Of a stretch of 64,000 nt of DNA, positions 53,501-64,000 are shown one piece after another; position 1 is the stretch's first letter; every line of letters starts with the position of its first letter. Below the pieces are notes generated by a model. It was given only the letters and a program-made list of their open reading frames with translations. It had not been told where the DNA came from and did not search any database. The stretch comes from Leptogorgia sarmentosa. Taxonomy: Eukaryota. The stretch spans positions 7,316,001 through 7,380,000 of the forward strand of contig OZ210884.1 of NCBI GenBank assembly GCA_964658305.1, read 5' to 3'. The translations under genes and the position numbers were made by a program.

Positions 53501-56323
53501 TTTAGGCCTACTTGTAATTTTGTTTTGATTTCGAATTGGCTTTATTTCCCCTCACCGAACAATAGGTTCATTTAATTTAGTGTTATTTTCAGATGAGTGG
53601 CTTTTCCTTTGTGTCGAATCCAAAGGCATCCTAGACTGCGTTATACTATAATTAGTACGCTAGAAGCGCCATCGAGATGTAAGAATTGCCGAGTTGTTAA
53701 AACGAGCTTAAGCTTTTTGTTTTGTCTCAAGTTTGGATTGTTTGAAATAATAAAAGCAGTTAAAAAACGTTCCGTTTTCCCAGCAAAACCGAAAATACGA
53801 CCGCAAGCAACGCAAATTGAATAAATAAAACATTTATTTCAATATTTATATTCAGGCGTTACCAACGTGGTTGCTAAGGATTTAATTGCCCTCCAATGTT
53901 CCTGTCTCTTTTTGAAGTGGAAAAAATTCGCTGATCACGAGTCCTGTAGCTATAGTCATTTTTTTATCCCAATGGTTAGGAGAATAGTTTAGCCGCAATA
54001 AGAAAAAGAAACTAGGGATCCAAGGATAGTGCAGTTTCTAAGACCCGTTTCATACGTCGAATTTTGGTCGCATCGATGCGGCCAAAATTCCACGTTTGAA
54101 ACGGGCTAAGAAGACATTAAAATCATATTTGGAAAATAATCACTATTTTATTATCGGAAAGCAACTGGCAGTCGCAGAAGCGCGCGTGTTAAAATCAAAT
54201 CAGATAAATCTCTGACCTCTGACCGTTTTAAATCAGCCGTTGAACAAAGACCTCAACGGGTAGTACCCAATATTTCTCAATTGAGAACACGGGTAATGCC
54301 CACGCTGGACTATCGCCTAAGCTTGCTGATCGGCGTTTCAGTATTACTCTTGATATAGTTATATAGTGTTAGATATAAACCATTTTTCTATATACTAAGA
54401 ATTTCCTTAATCCCAACCCAAACCCTAGAATCCTAACCCTGACCATTGTGGTCAGAATAATATTGAGGAAAAAAAAGTTTTCATCACTAACGCTGAAAAA
54501 ATGTGTCGAACCGGGGCTTGAACTATAGAACTGCAACGCACGCCCCGCGCCTTACCACTTGAGCTAAATCGAGCTCGCTGTTGACCACTCTGGCCAGGCT
54601 AAATGCATATGATTATAGACCCGGGCAATCACTGTTCATAATTTACCAGGCCAGGCTACTTAGACGACAGTCCAGCGTGGGCACTACCCATGTTCTCAAT
54701 TGAGAAATATCGGGTACTACCCGTTGAGGTCTTTGTTTAACGGGTGTTTAAATTACATACACATCGTACTCGTGATACTTCTGCGTCGTAATAAAATATC
54801 CAGTTTATTCACAGTATCAGGCCAACGTTAAATTTACTTTTGTATGCCTGTATATGGTTTAGTTCTTTTAATATCGAAAATTCTGTAAATCCCCGGTATG
54901 TCTGGTAAACAAACAACCGCGAGGCCGGAAGACGGGAAGAGTCGAAGACGGCGAAAACAAACACGAAAGCTATAAATGCGAAAGCTCGCAAATAAGTTGG
55001 CTATCATCAACCATATTAACTAAATAGTAAATGCGATTTAAAATTATGGCTATCTAGTTGTGACGAGTTCTACTGTGTTACACATCTGAGTTTGCCCGCT
55101 ATTTGCGAATTGCGATGGCAATGTCGGCCAACTAAATGTTTTAATATAATACGCACGGCGGCAGTTAACATTGTGCATGACGAGCCAAATACAAGTTTTC
55201 TACCAATAATAATAATAAATTCAAATCTCTAGATTCATTGCTGATATATAAACATCATTACAACTGCTTTATCAACGTATTCAGACATGCTGGCCACATA
55301 TTATCATCATAGTGAATTACTGATTCACGGTCCCACTCTTAGCGTCCGCCATATTGTGTAATTTTATTCCCCAGACATGTGCTGAGTTGCAATTTTTGCA
55401 AAAACTTAAATTCCGGAGGGGCCTCCGCCATTGTGTAGTGTATCTTTGATCACATTTCTCATCTAACTAACTTTCGTATCGATGAGAACAACTGCAAATA
55501 ATGATGAGCAATGATATATAACTGCAATCGAATCATTTTTGTTCAAACATTCCCTGGATATCAGTAAACTACGGAGTTTCGCATATCAGGAGAATTTGGG
55601 ACGCTCCCCCCGGAGTTTACACTATGAATCGCTGAATCGCTGAATAGCTGAATAGCTGAATAGCTGAATCGCTGAATGACTGATGTGAATTTTCGCCCCT
55701 CATCACAATACTGCAAAGTTAAACTTTGCACAAAAAAGGGATTCATTTGAAGGAAACCGCGAAATTACCGGTACCGAAAAGTTATTTTTGAAGTTTTAAA
55801 ATGGCATATATAAAACAGTCCCAAAAAGGAAATTTTGTTGCCTATGAGAACAGATAAGTTAGGATTTAATGCCGCTGAAAAGTTTTGTAAAATGTCGCAT
55901 CAGGAACAATTAATGATTTACCTTCTGGAAACTGAAAAATTATTATCAAATCAGCGTCTGCGGCCTATTGTTTGCCGCTCAAGGTGAAACTGCATGTTAA
56001 TGTCATCCACATGTTTTTATATTAAGGAGAACAACAGCTACACGTGCGGCTTATCTTGAAAATTAGCTTTCTCATTTACAGCGAAGATATACAGTCGGTG
56101 TTTAGATAAGCTCTAGGTTTTTTCATTCTTCCTTTGAATGTAGCTATGCCTATTGAGGCTTTAAAAATAATCAGTTTATAATAAATATACCTCGTTTTAT
56201 GATAAAACCTTTTTCGTTATTGTTACATGATTGTGCGCTGTTGGCGGGAACGCTTGAAAGGATTATTGCAATGACAAAGTTCACGGTCGTGAGACACCAT
56301 ACGCTTCTTCCTCTGTGGCTCAT
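50533..56323 (-). CDS. Secreted PAN/apple - EGF - GON-domain protein, 342 aa
   Basis: Exons 56323-56191 (signal peptide), 53241-53021 (PAN: ECLKRC..CVSANY..CELN), 52421-52307 (EGF-like: CQNNG..CKCILPYSGKYCE), 51977-51754 and 50868-50533 (GON: NCKQIQ..DGEYEI..VYCADM..PLEYVSL, FEKVRLN..DYRFA..YASAGDC..G.FKVDLSGT..CGGRCGDC). The total is 1029 nt, in phase. Confidence 0.88.
52876..52953. repeat. 39-bp direct repeat, 2 copies
   Basis: agagtgtaacacccctttaaacaagcacagaatttaaac occurs twice, in an intron. Confidence 0.9.
54042..54107. mobile_element. Short palindromic MITE remnant; a related half copy lies at ~57126
   Basis: cccgtttcatacgtcgaattttggtcgcatcgatgcggccaaaattccacgtttgaaacggg is an imperfect palindrome. 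Confidence 0.6.
54234..54746. mobile_element. MITE with ~90-bp TIRs enclosing a tRNA-like cassette and telomere-like repeats
   Basis: ccgttgaacaaagacctcaacgggtagtaccc..cccacgctggact is mirrored by agtccagcgtggg..gggtactacccgttgaggtctttgtttaacgg; TTTAAA lies on both flanks. Confidence 0.8.
54505..54574 (-). pseudogene. tRNA-derived sequence with Pol III A and B boxes
   Basis: The minus strand reads GCTCGATTTAGCTCAAGTGGTAAGGCG...GTTCAAGCCCCGGTTCGAC, followed by a T-run; the anticodon and T arms do not pair properly. Confidence 0.6.
55625..55677. repeat. 8-bp tandem repeat (tgaatcgc/tgaatagc), 6 copies
   Basis: Visible directly. Confidence 0.9.
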
Positions 56324-56531
56324 CGACTGAAACTGTTTCAAAACATTAAAAAACATTATCTCTCGGCAAGAACATGCAAAGACGTATCAACAAAATGGAC
56401 AATTAATTCCCCTTTTCAACGGACTTTTGAATTCAGAAATTTCATTGCTAGACATTAGCACAGTTGAAAAGAGCATCATAAATTTAGTAAACCTCGGTGA
56501 AGTTTGGTTACAAAATATCGTAAACGTTTTG

Positions 56532-56689
56532 AAATACAGGCATTTAAAGTTTGCTAATTTTGTATACTTTTGTATATTATTACCATATACTCACGGCAAA
56601 GTGATAATCACATTCAAAATCTGATTATCACTTTGCCATGCGTAATACAAAAGTATTCAAAATTCACAAACTTTAAATGACTACATTTT
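56532..56689. repeat. Long imperfect inverted repeat (MITE-like)
   Basis: catttaaagtttg..tacttttgtat..ggcaaagtgataatca mirrors tgattatcactttgcc..atacaaaagta..caaactttaaatg. Confidence 0.7.
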
Positions 56690-59600
56690 ACGTTATTTAC
56701 AACTAAAAACTACAAATTTTCCAGCCGTGGTGATGAATTCTTCTCCTAATCCGATAGTTCGTTCAAAAAAGGGAAAGCTACGGTCTATTCGTAATAAGGT
56801 GTTAACAAAACTAATCACATCGCACAAAAGTTCTCTTCGCGAAATCAGCTCATAGCGAAAATGCGGCATTAAAATTTATTACGTACCCATTCACATTTCA
56901 TCTTGAAATTAGTAATGAGATTTTGCGATCGGTCACCTCAATAAACCTTTTTTAAATCACCGGAATCACCTCAAGTCATGTAGTCATATTTCCATTTTGA
57001 GGCGAATTTGTTTTCTCTGTAATGCTGTCATCGTCCCAACATTTGGTTATACGCAACAAAACTAATTCGAGCGTAATTTATGGCCTGCATGGAAATATTA
57101 ATAATTAATCATAGAAAATCAAATTAAGACCCGTTTCGTACGTCTAATTTTATTTGCCGAACTCTTCGATTTAATAGAATATGTTCACAGCAATAGAGCA
57201 ATCGTTTGATTAATTGCGCTTGGTCGTATATTATGCAGTGTATTCCAAAAAAGTTGCACTTTAACTCAAGTTTTAATTTCCTAATGACCCCAGGAAATAC
57301 TGCATGGGCGTCCCGAAGCGTTGATTGAATTTGAACGGCCTAGCACTAAGCCGGACCGACTGAATATATTAATCTCACCCCCCCCCCCCCCCCCACATAC
57401 ACAATTTTTTGTTATAAAATTTTCTTGTGCACAGAAAAGCATTATTCATGGCTGCTGTTAAAGTCATGAAATTTGACGAAAACACTTTTATTAACATTAC
57501 CTTAATAGTTTCTTTGATCATGATAATTTTTAAATCTGCTTTGCTGCAAATTACCAAGTCTAATCAATAATTGATCGGATTTGCGAGTCTTCGGATTTGC
57601 GAATTGAATTCGTTGTTACTGTTTTATTGTTGGCGGTAAGATGATTTCATGACTAATGCGAAGTAAGTGAATTTTATAAAAATATTATCTGCTTTTTGCT
57701 CCAAAATCAACGTTTATGTCAGTGAATACGGAACTTTAACGTTTCGTACAAAATATTCGCGCCGTTTCCAATTTCTTTTCATAGTTTGAACTAATTAATT
57801 AACATAAATTGAAATATTAGCGTAGTAGCTACAGAGCAAAATGCGCCCAAAACGTATGTAGGTTTTCTTTTGTTTTGAATTATTTTTTTCAAAATTCCCG
57901 CGAACACACGTAATTTCCACGCGCACTCGTTCTGTTATTTCCACATGTAAAAAAGAATATAGAATTTCATAAAAATTGCCGTCTACTCTTCCTATGACAC
58001 TACGATTCTACCATGCATTACTTTATGTTCCGGAAATATAGATGGATTCTTGTATTTGGTTGTTAACTTGAGTTAGAGATTGTGAAAATGCTCGAATTTT
58101 TTCCAGAATAGCAATGGATAAAAATATAACTCAACTTCAAAATATAATAATAATCGTTTGGTTCATTGATGATCTAAGCTGTCTTAATAACCTTCTGGCC
58201 GTTGAAAATGATCTTTATGACTTTATCCTGTGGCACTCGCGTTGCAGGATTCATGCACAGAAGTTGAGAACAAAAGAAATGCCAGAGAAACATAATCCTT
58301 TGCAAAGTTAGAGTGATTAATTTCGTCAAGGCAAAAAAACGAGTGAGGAATCCTCCCACTTTTTCCGCCCTGTTGCGCGATCCTTGTTTCTATAGAAGGG
58401 ACATCTTTTTGCATGGGACACTCTTAATTTATAACTTGATACGTGGACAAAAAATTCTTGACTGGAAAACATCTGCATTGTTGACAGTCAGACTTTGCGC
58501 ACATTTGAAATGTTGGGGAGGGGAGTAAATTCTACATATATATAGGCCTATAATTATAGTTCATCAAGTGTTTATAATGTTTAATTTATATATGCATGCT
58601 AAACATGTAACTTATGTTCATGCAATTACACTACGTGTATACGTTCACACAACTCCGTATCGGTCTTTAAACGGCGCAAAAGTATAACAAAACGGGGTTC
58701 CGTTTACACTGATCCGGAGCGGTTGTTTAAAAACGTCACTTTTGCAGTGGTGGTACGACCACACTTTCCAAGTGCGCATGTTTGGGCGAAAATGGAGTGG
58801 GACGTGCATGGCGTTATGTAAACACTCGCCGTCTGCTTGGACAGTTGAAAGTACCTGCTAAAGTAGAGAGCCGCGGAAGTTGAACCAAAGGACAGTAACC
58901 GTTGAACGCTCGCTTTGGCCGTCACAAAATATTGAAATCGTCAGTGGTGTTACAGATATAGTTACGCTTGGATTTGAAAACATAGTAATAGAGCGACTTT
59001 CCTCAAACCTCAACACAATAAATAAACTTTATTTGAAAAGGTAAAGTCGTTTTTATATGAATTTGCCATAATATTTTAATATAACTAGCATTCTTAAATA
59101 AATATATAGGCTATTATAAATTCTTTCACCATCATAGCTAGTAAAATATTTATTACAAACAATAAATTCATCTTACTAATTTAGAATATTTCGTTACTTT
59201 ACCATTATTATACCTGTATAGCTAAATGGACGCTTGCAGTTACAGTGTTCATTTAACAACTAGTACTGGTGGCACTGTTTAAAATAATCAAACAAGCGTA
59301 GGTTATATCAGTTCTGGTGCTGATCGCTATGGGATATTATTATATGTTTATATAATTCAGTGTGTTGAATATATTTTACAATTTTCACATCTCACTTGGG
59401 ATAAAATGATTTTAAATAAGAGAATCTCGTCAACCCGATCGTAAAATAACATAGCTATATCACTAATTGGGCTTTATCAACCTATAGATTTTATACAGAT
59501 CATTTGATTAGGTTTTGAGCAGTTGTTAAAGACTATGGAGAAAAATCATGCATATGCATCTTTAAAACATCTTGAGGGAGTTCAATTCCCCTGTCCACGG

Positions 59601-61621
59601 AGTACTGATAATGTTGATGCAAAATGGGAATATAGTTAAACCTATAGTGAAAGATAGAGGAACCGGCTATGGATTATGGCGAATCCCATGAAATAACTCT
59701 CCTCTAGCTCTAAAATGAAATTATACAACCCTCAGTTTTTGGCGAAGTTTTAATCCTTGTGTCTAAATTTACCTGTAGCCATGCAATATTACCGGTTACA
59801 CGCAGAATTCACTGAAATACGAAAACAATGACATATAGCTATATGGGTATAACATCACCGAGTAACAGCCAAACACGGCTTCTTAATTATTTTTTATTAT
59901 TATTTTTTAGTATATTTAATATAATTTCATTTGACGTGGACAAGTTTGGTTTGTCTTCCTTTGAATATTTTTTATCAAACCACTCAACAAAAGGCAAATG
60001 ATAATTTGTTAGCCGGCACATCAGCATCTTTCCATAAACATGAGCAAAGTGGAAAACATCTGTTTCTAAATATTGTGACTAAGCTTCCCAGATAGAAAAA
60101 CCCGCCTTGAAAATTATCAGCGTCGGTGTAGATTGCGTTCTATAGGAAAGAAACGAAGTCCGTCTGGTTGCTATATTTATTACCATTTTCAATGTTATCC
60201 TCATATAATTGTCATTCGAGGCATGACACAGGGACACTTCGCATGTAAAGTTATGAATTTTATTGAAATTATAACTTATGAAGACGATGTCATGTCGTAT
60301 TTATCTCTAAAGTTTTATGTATGTGTAATTATCTTTGAGGATTCAAAGGGCATTTCTTTCAAAAATTATGAGAAAATTTCTTAAGGGAATAGTGGCCATT
60401 GACATGCATGCAATCCTCAATATACATTACTTTGCTACTTCTCTAGACGTCATCAAGTGCAGAAGGTCATGCGTGATACAGGGTCACGTATACAATATAA
60501 CATTTATGACATACTACTATTTAAAATGTCATGACACGCAAAGGTCAATGTGGGAGGAATATAGATGTGTTTATATATGCTCTTAAGATCAAAACCATAC
60601 AGCTTTAACATAAGGATAAGCAACCGACAAATGCGTCACCAGGCATGGTTTTACAAGAACAAAACTAAATATTTATTCAGGAAATGATTAACATTTTCTT
60701 TTACACGATAAATAACACATTCCATTTTCCATGATGAATAACGTATTTTATGCCCACTCACTTGAATTTAACCCTGCGTCGTGGTTTTGAGAATCTGAAA
60801 AGAAAACTCTGTTTTGAGAATGTTCCTAAAAACTATTTTTACGTTTCAATAAAATACGGGAAAATGTTTTCTTTTCAAAACAGCTTTTGAAAAATTTGCA
60901 CCTGCTGGCTTTTACAAGGAGATAATAACGGCATTTTCCATTTCCATAATTTCGAATGTCGTGCAGTTTATTATTGCATGTACATGACAAAACCCAACTG
61001 GCCCTTTAAAAACCGCTGACTTTTGAACTGTACCTGTCTGATTTTTAAAATGTTAAATGTTATTGCAAATGCTGACTGATATGGTATAAGACATTTTTTT
61101 CTCGTTTTAAACTTTTGGTGAGCTTTCGCCGCTCTTGCTGCTAGTGTCGCAGTGCTCAATGAACCGAAGCGCACTCAGGCTGGAATTTGACATTTACATG
61201 CAATTCAATTATACGATTTTTCTCGCTTTCAAACTTATAGTGAACTCCAGCGAACTAGCTGCTAGTGAAATGACGAAATAGAAATGGCGTCCCTATACAG
61301 ATGGATAGGCCGGAATGTGACGGCACCATTTATTTCCAACGTTAGAATACGAACCGTATACAATAATCATATTTTATAGATGTGGCCCTAAGCCACGACA
61401 AACGATTTCAAAATTTCAATCCTTCAACATTGTCGCGTCTCCCGCTAAATTAACTCGTGTAGGTTTATAATCAGTTAAACCTAACTTGATCTGGGATTGA
61501 TTATCACTTATCAGAGCGAGCGTGTCTGTTAATATTGAACGCGTATCAAGCTCCATTTAATAAATTCACTGACATTTCTTAACTATTTAGATATCCATCT
61601 GAAAGTTTGTCATTGGAGAAG

Positions 61622-64000
61622 ATGAGGTGCATAGAATATGTGACTGCAGTCGCCATATTGCTGTCGCGGTTTGTCAGTGAAACGTTAGGGAAAAATTGTT
61701 CAAAAGGTAATGGTCTCACGTCTATCATTTACTCCCAAACTATAATGATGAACTGGAGGGTTATTGGGCGAAAGGAGAAAAGAGAGGGATGCGGTGATGC
61801 GACACCCACTTCATTCCGGTATATGCATTAGTCGGAGAATTATTTGGAACATTTATTTTAGAACCTCTGGACTGTTTCAGATTCTTATTTGGTAATGAAA
61901 GACTATTGCTATCTTTTATGACTATATAGCATTATCACAAATATAATGACTACAGGCACTCCACGGCACCACTCTCTCCCCCCACTCCTATCGCCTCGCA
62001 AATTACCACCAGGAATAAAGTTTTGAATTTACACATATTGTATTTTGACACATTTGGAAAAGTAAACTTCAGTCTTGTATGTAAAATACATGAAGAAAAC
62101 GAGAATTTTTAAAACGTAGAAAGGAAGGGAAGTGTCACTACCCAGTCTACCCTCCCTCCTCCCTCATATCGACGCCTTTTTAAAGTTTTCGCGTGCAGAG
62201 CATAATGAGATTAATTCGTAAGAAACGGATGCCATAAAAATTTTATAAACTGATTATAAACTCTATGCTTTGGCCCTTTAAGGTTTAAATTTTCAGGTAA
62301 AGGTTCTTAAATAGCAATGTTGTTTAAATTTGCTAGCTGTTTTATCAGTTTTTTTCTCGGAACAGGTGTGTCCTGGAAAGATCAAACATTCTATCGTCGC
62401 CTTCGCCTTCAAGGTGAATGGATTACGTTTAATTGTGCGATCAAAACATCTGAAAATGCGACTTTATGGTTTGGAAAAACGGAAAATGAAATGAAATATG
62501 AAGTTGATGACAAAAAAATGAAGTTGGTTTCTAAGAATGTATTCAACATATCCAACTTGAAAACGAACGATGGGGGATGGTACAAGTGTAAAGTTTGTGG
62601 TAAGAGACGCGCGAAGTTCCTCGAAGTAGTTTCAGGACAAGGTAAGTTCATAGCTGTGTAAAAATAACATTTCCATATAGATTCTGGTACGTTAATAACA
62701 TTATGCTCCACTTTAGAGATAGATTTAACTGTAAAGCGTAAAGATTTTACCTTTGAAAATTGGGTAAACCGGAGCACGTCGCTGGGTTTAAATATCTGCA
62801 AACTATGAGCTACAAGAGCGAACATGCGCGAAACAATCTTTGCAGACATGGAATACCTCCCATAATACATTCAGAAATTGTGGAAATAATGAACGAAAAA
62901 TTTGGAAGCTTGCTCTCAAAATTTGGAAGCTTGCCCTCACTACACAGCCAAAAACGCCACAGACTTGATGCAAATTGTGTGTATTACTGGCCTGATGCAA
63001 GTTGCCAACAAGTTGTATCAACCCTGTTGACTTTATCAAATTGCATCGAGTCTGTGAACATCGGACTTGCTGCAACTTGATATTGGCAGACTTGCTGCAA
63101 GTTGATAAAACAGCTTTTATCAAGCTTGCAAGCATTTGGCAACTTGCTACAAATCTGGTAACAACTTGTAGCAGACTTGTTATCCTCAAGCCGGAGCAAG
63201 CGATGCGAACGCATCCTGATATCTGCTTGGTGGTAGCAGACTTGCTGCAACTTGGGCGTTTTTGGCTGTGTACCTTTTCCACGCTTAGAGTTAAAATTCC
63301 AATGTTGAAAACGTTTCCGCTTAACAACTTTTTTTGAATTTGCTGTATATAGCGGTCTCCAATTTAATTGGGAAAAAAAAGAAATATCGTAATTTAGGTC
63401 ACGAAATAGTTCAGTTGATACCATTTTTATTGCCTGCATGCCCAATTAAAGTATAAAACAAAATTGAGAATGGAACACAAATTACCGTATAGTTGCCTGA
63501 GGTCAGTTGTCATAGCAACACATATATACGGAGGCGCTTCGCGGTGGTGCTCGCACCTTTGCTCGGGGATAATGGCACAGAGTAATTACATACAGAGGTC
63601 TAACTGTTGTACCGACTTTTTTGTGCGCATGCTCAGCAAGTTACTTGATGCGTGCATCTGATTGGATGATGACCTGATGACGATTAAATTTAAATTCCCG
63701 TGCATGCGTAGGTGATCACTTTTTTGCCAGACCGCATTAAAAATGTGAGTATATGAAAATATGACTTATTAATATTTAGTTAGACCTCCGTGATAATAGC
63801 TTAGATAAACTTGCTATAAAATATCTCGTTGTAGGAAAAGCATATGCCAAACCAATAGTGGAGAAGAAACCAAATAAAACATCGTATGAAATCGGAGGCA
63901 ATGTGACATTATCGTGCCAAGTTGAAGGAACTACTTGTGCAGTGTATGATATCAAGTGGTATAAACAACTTCCTAATGGGAAGTTCAAACTTCTTAAATC
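61622..64000 (+). CDS. Secreted or cell-surface immunoglobulin-domain protein, 5' part; runs off the right edge
   Basis: Exons 61622-61706 (signal peptide), 62366-62641 (Ig: ITFNC..LW..FNISNLKTNDGGWYKC) and 63835 onward (Ig: GGNVTLSCQV..IKWYK); all junctions are phase 1, as is typical for Ig exons. Confidence 0.85.
62943..63270. mobile_element. Non-autonomous CAC..GTG element (EnSpm-like MITE)
   Basis: TIRs cacagccaaaaacgcc and ggcgtttttggctgtg; TA on both flanks; repeated internal palindrome acttg(c/a)tgcaa(g/c)t. Confidence 0.8.

Noticed and set aside
54505..54574. Functional tRNA gene
   Set aside because: A cloverleaf cannot be completed, there is no clear anticodon arm, and it sits inside a MITE.
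62760..63445. Several overlapping ORFs of 106-174 aa
   Set aside because: They span the palindromic MITE in an intron of the Ig-domain gene.

Overview
AT-rich, intron-containing animal genomic DNA, most likely a cnidarian (anthozoan); the taxon is inferred from gene families and repeat types and is not proven. Exon structures were rebuilt by hand from GT-AG junctions and reading-frame phase. Genes, left to right: the 5' end of cytosolic carboxypeptidase 1 (AGTPBP1/CCP1, minus strand, missed by the ORF track) head-to-head with GON4L; two intronless class A GPCR paralogues, the second frameshifted at its C-terminus; a CTHRC1-like collagen gene; a predicted 982-aa secreted protein made of five copies of an unrecognised ~190-aa Trp/Cys/Asp-rich domain; an ABHD14-family hydrolase; a secreted PAN-EGF-GON protein; and the start of an Ig-domain protein. 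The mobile DNA is well resolved. One 2.8-kb CACTA/EnSpm-type element carries decayed SAM, protein-kinase and SAMD3-like coding fragments. A three-level nest of P-superfamily-like elements includes a Galileo-like foldback, and all three target-site duplications are intact. Several MITEs are present, one carrying a tRNA-like Pol III cassette. No CRISPR array, rRNA or convincing tRNA gene was found.
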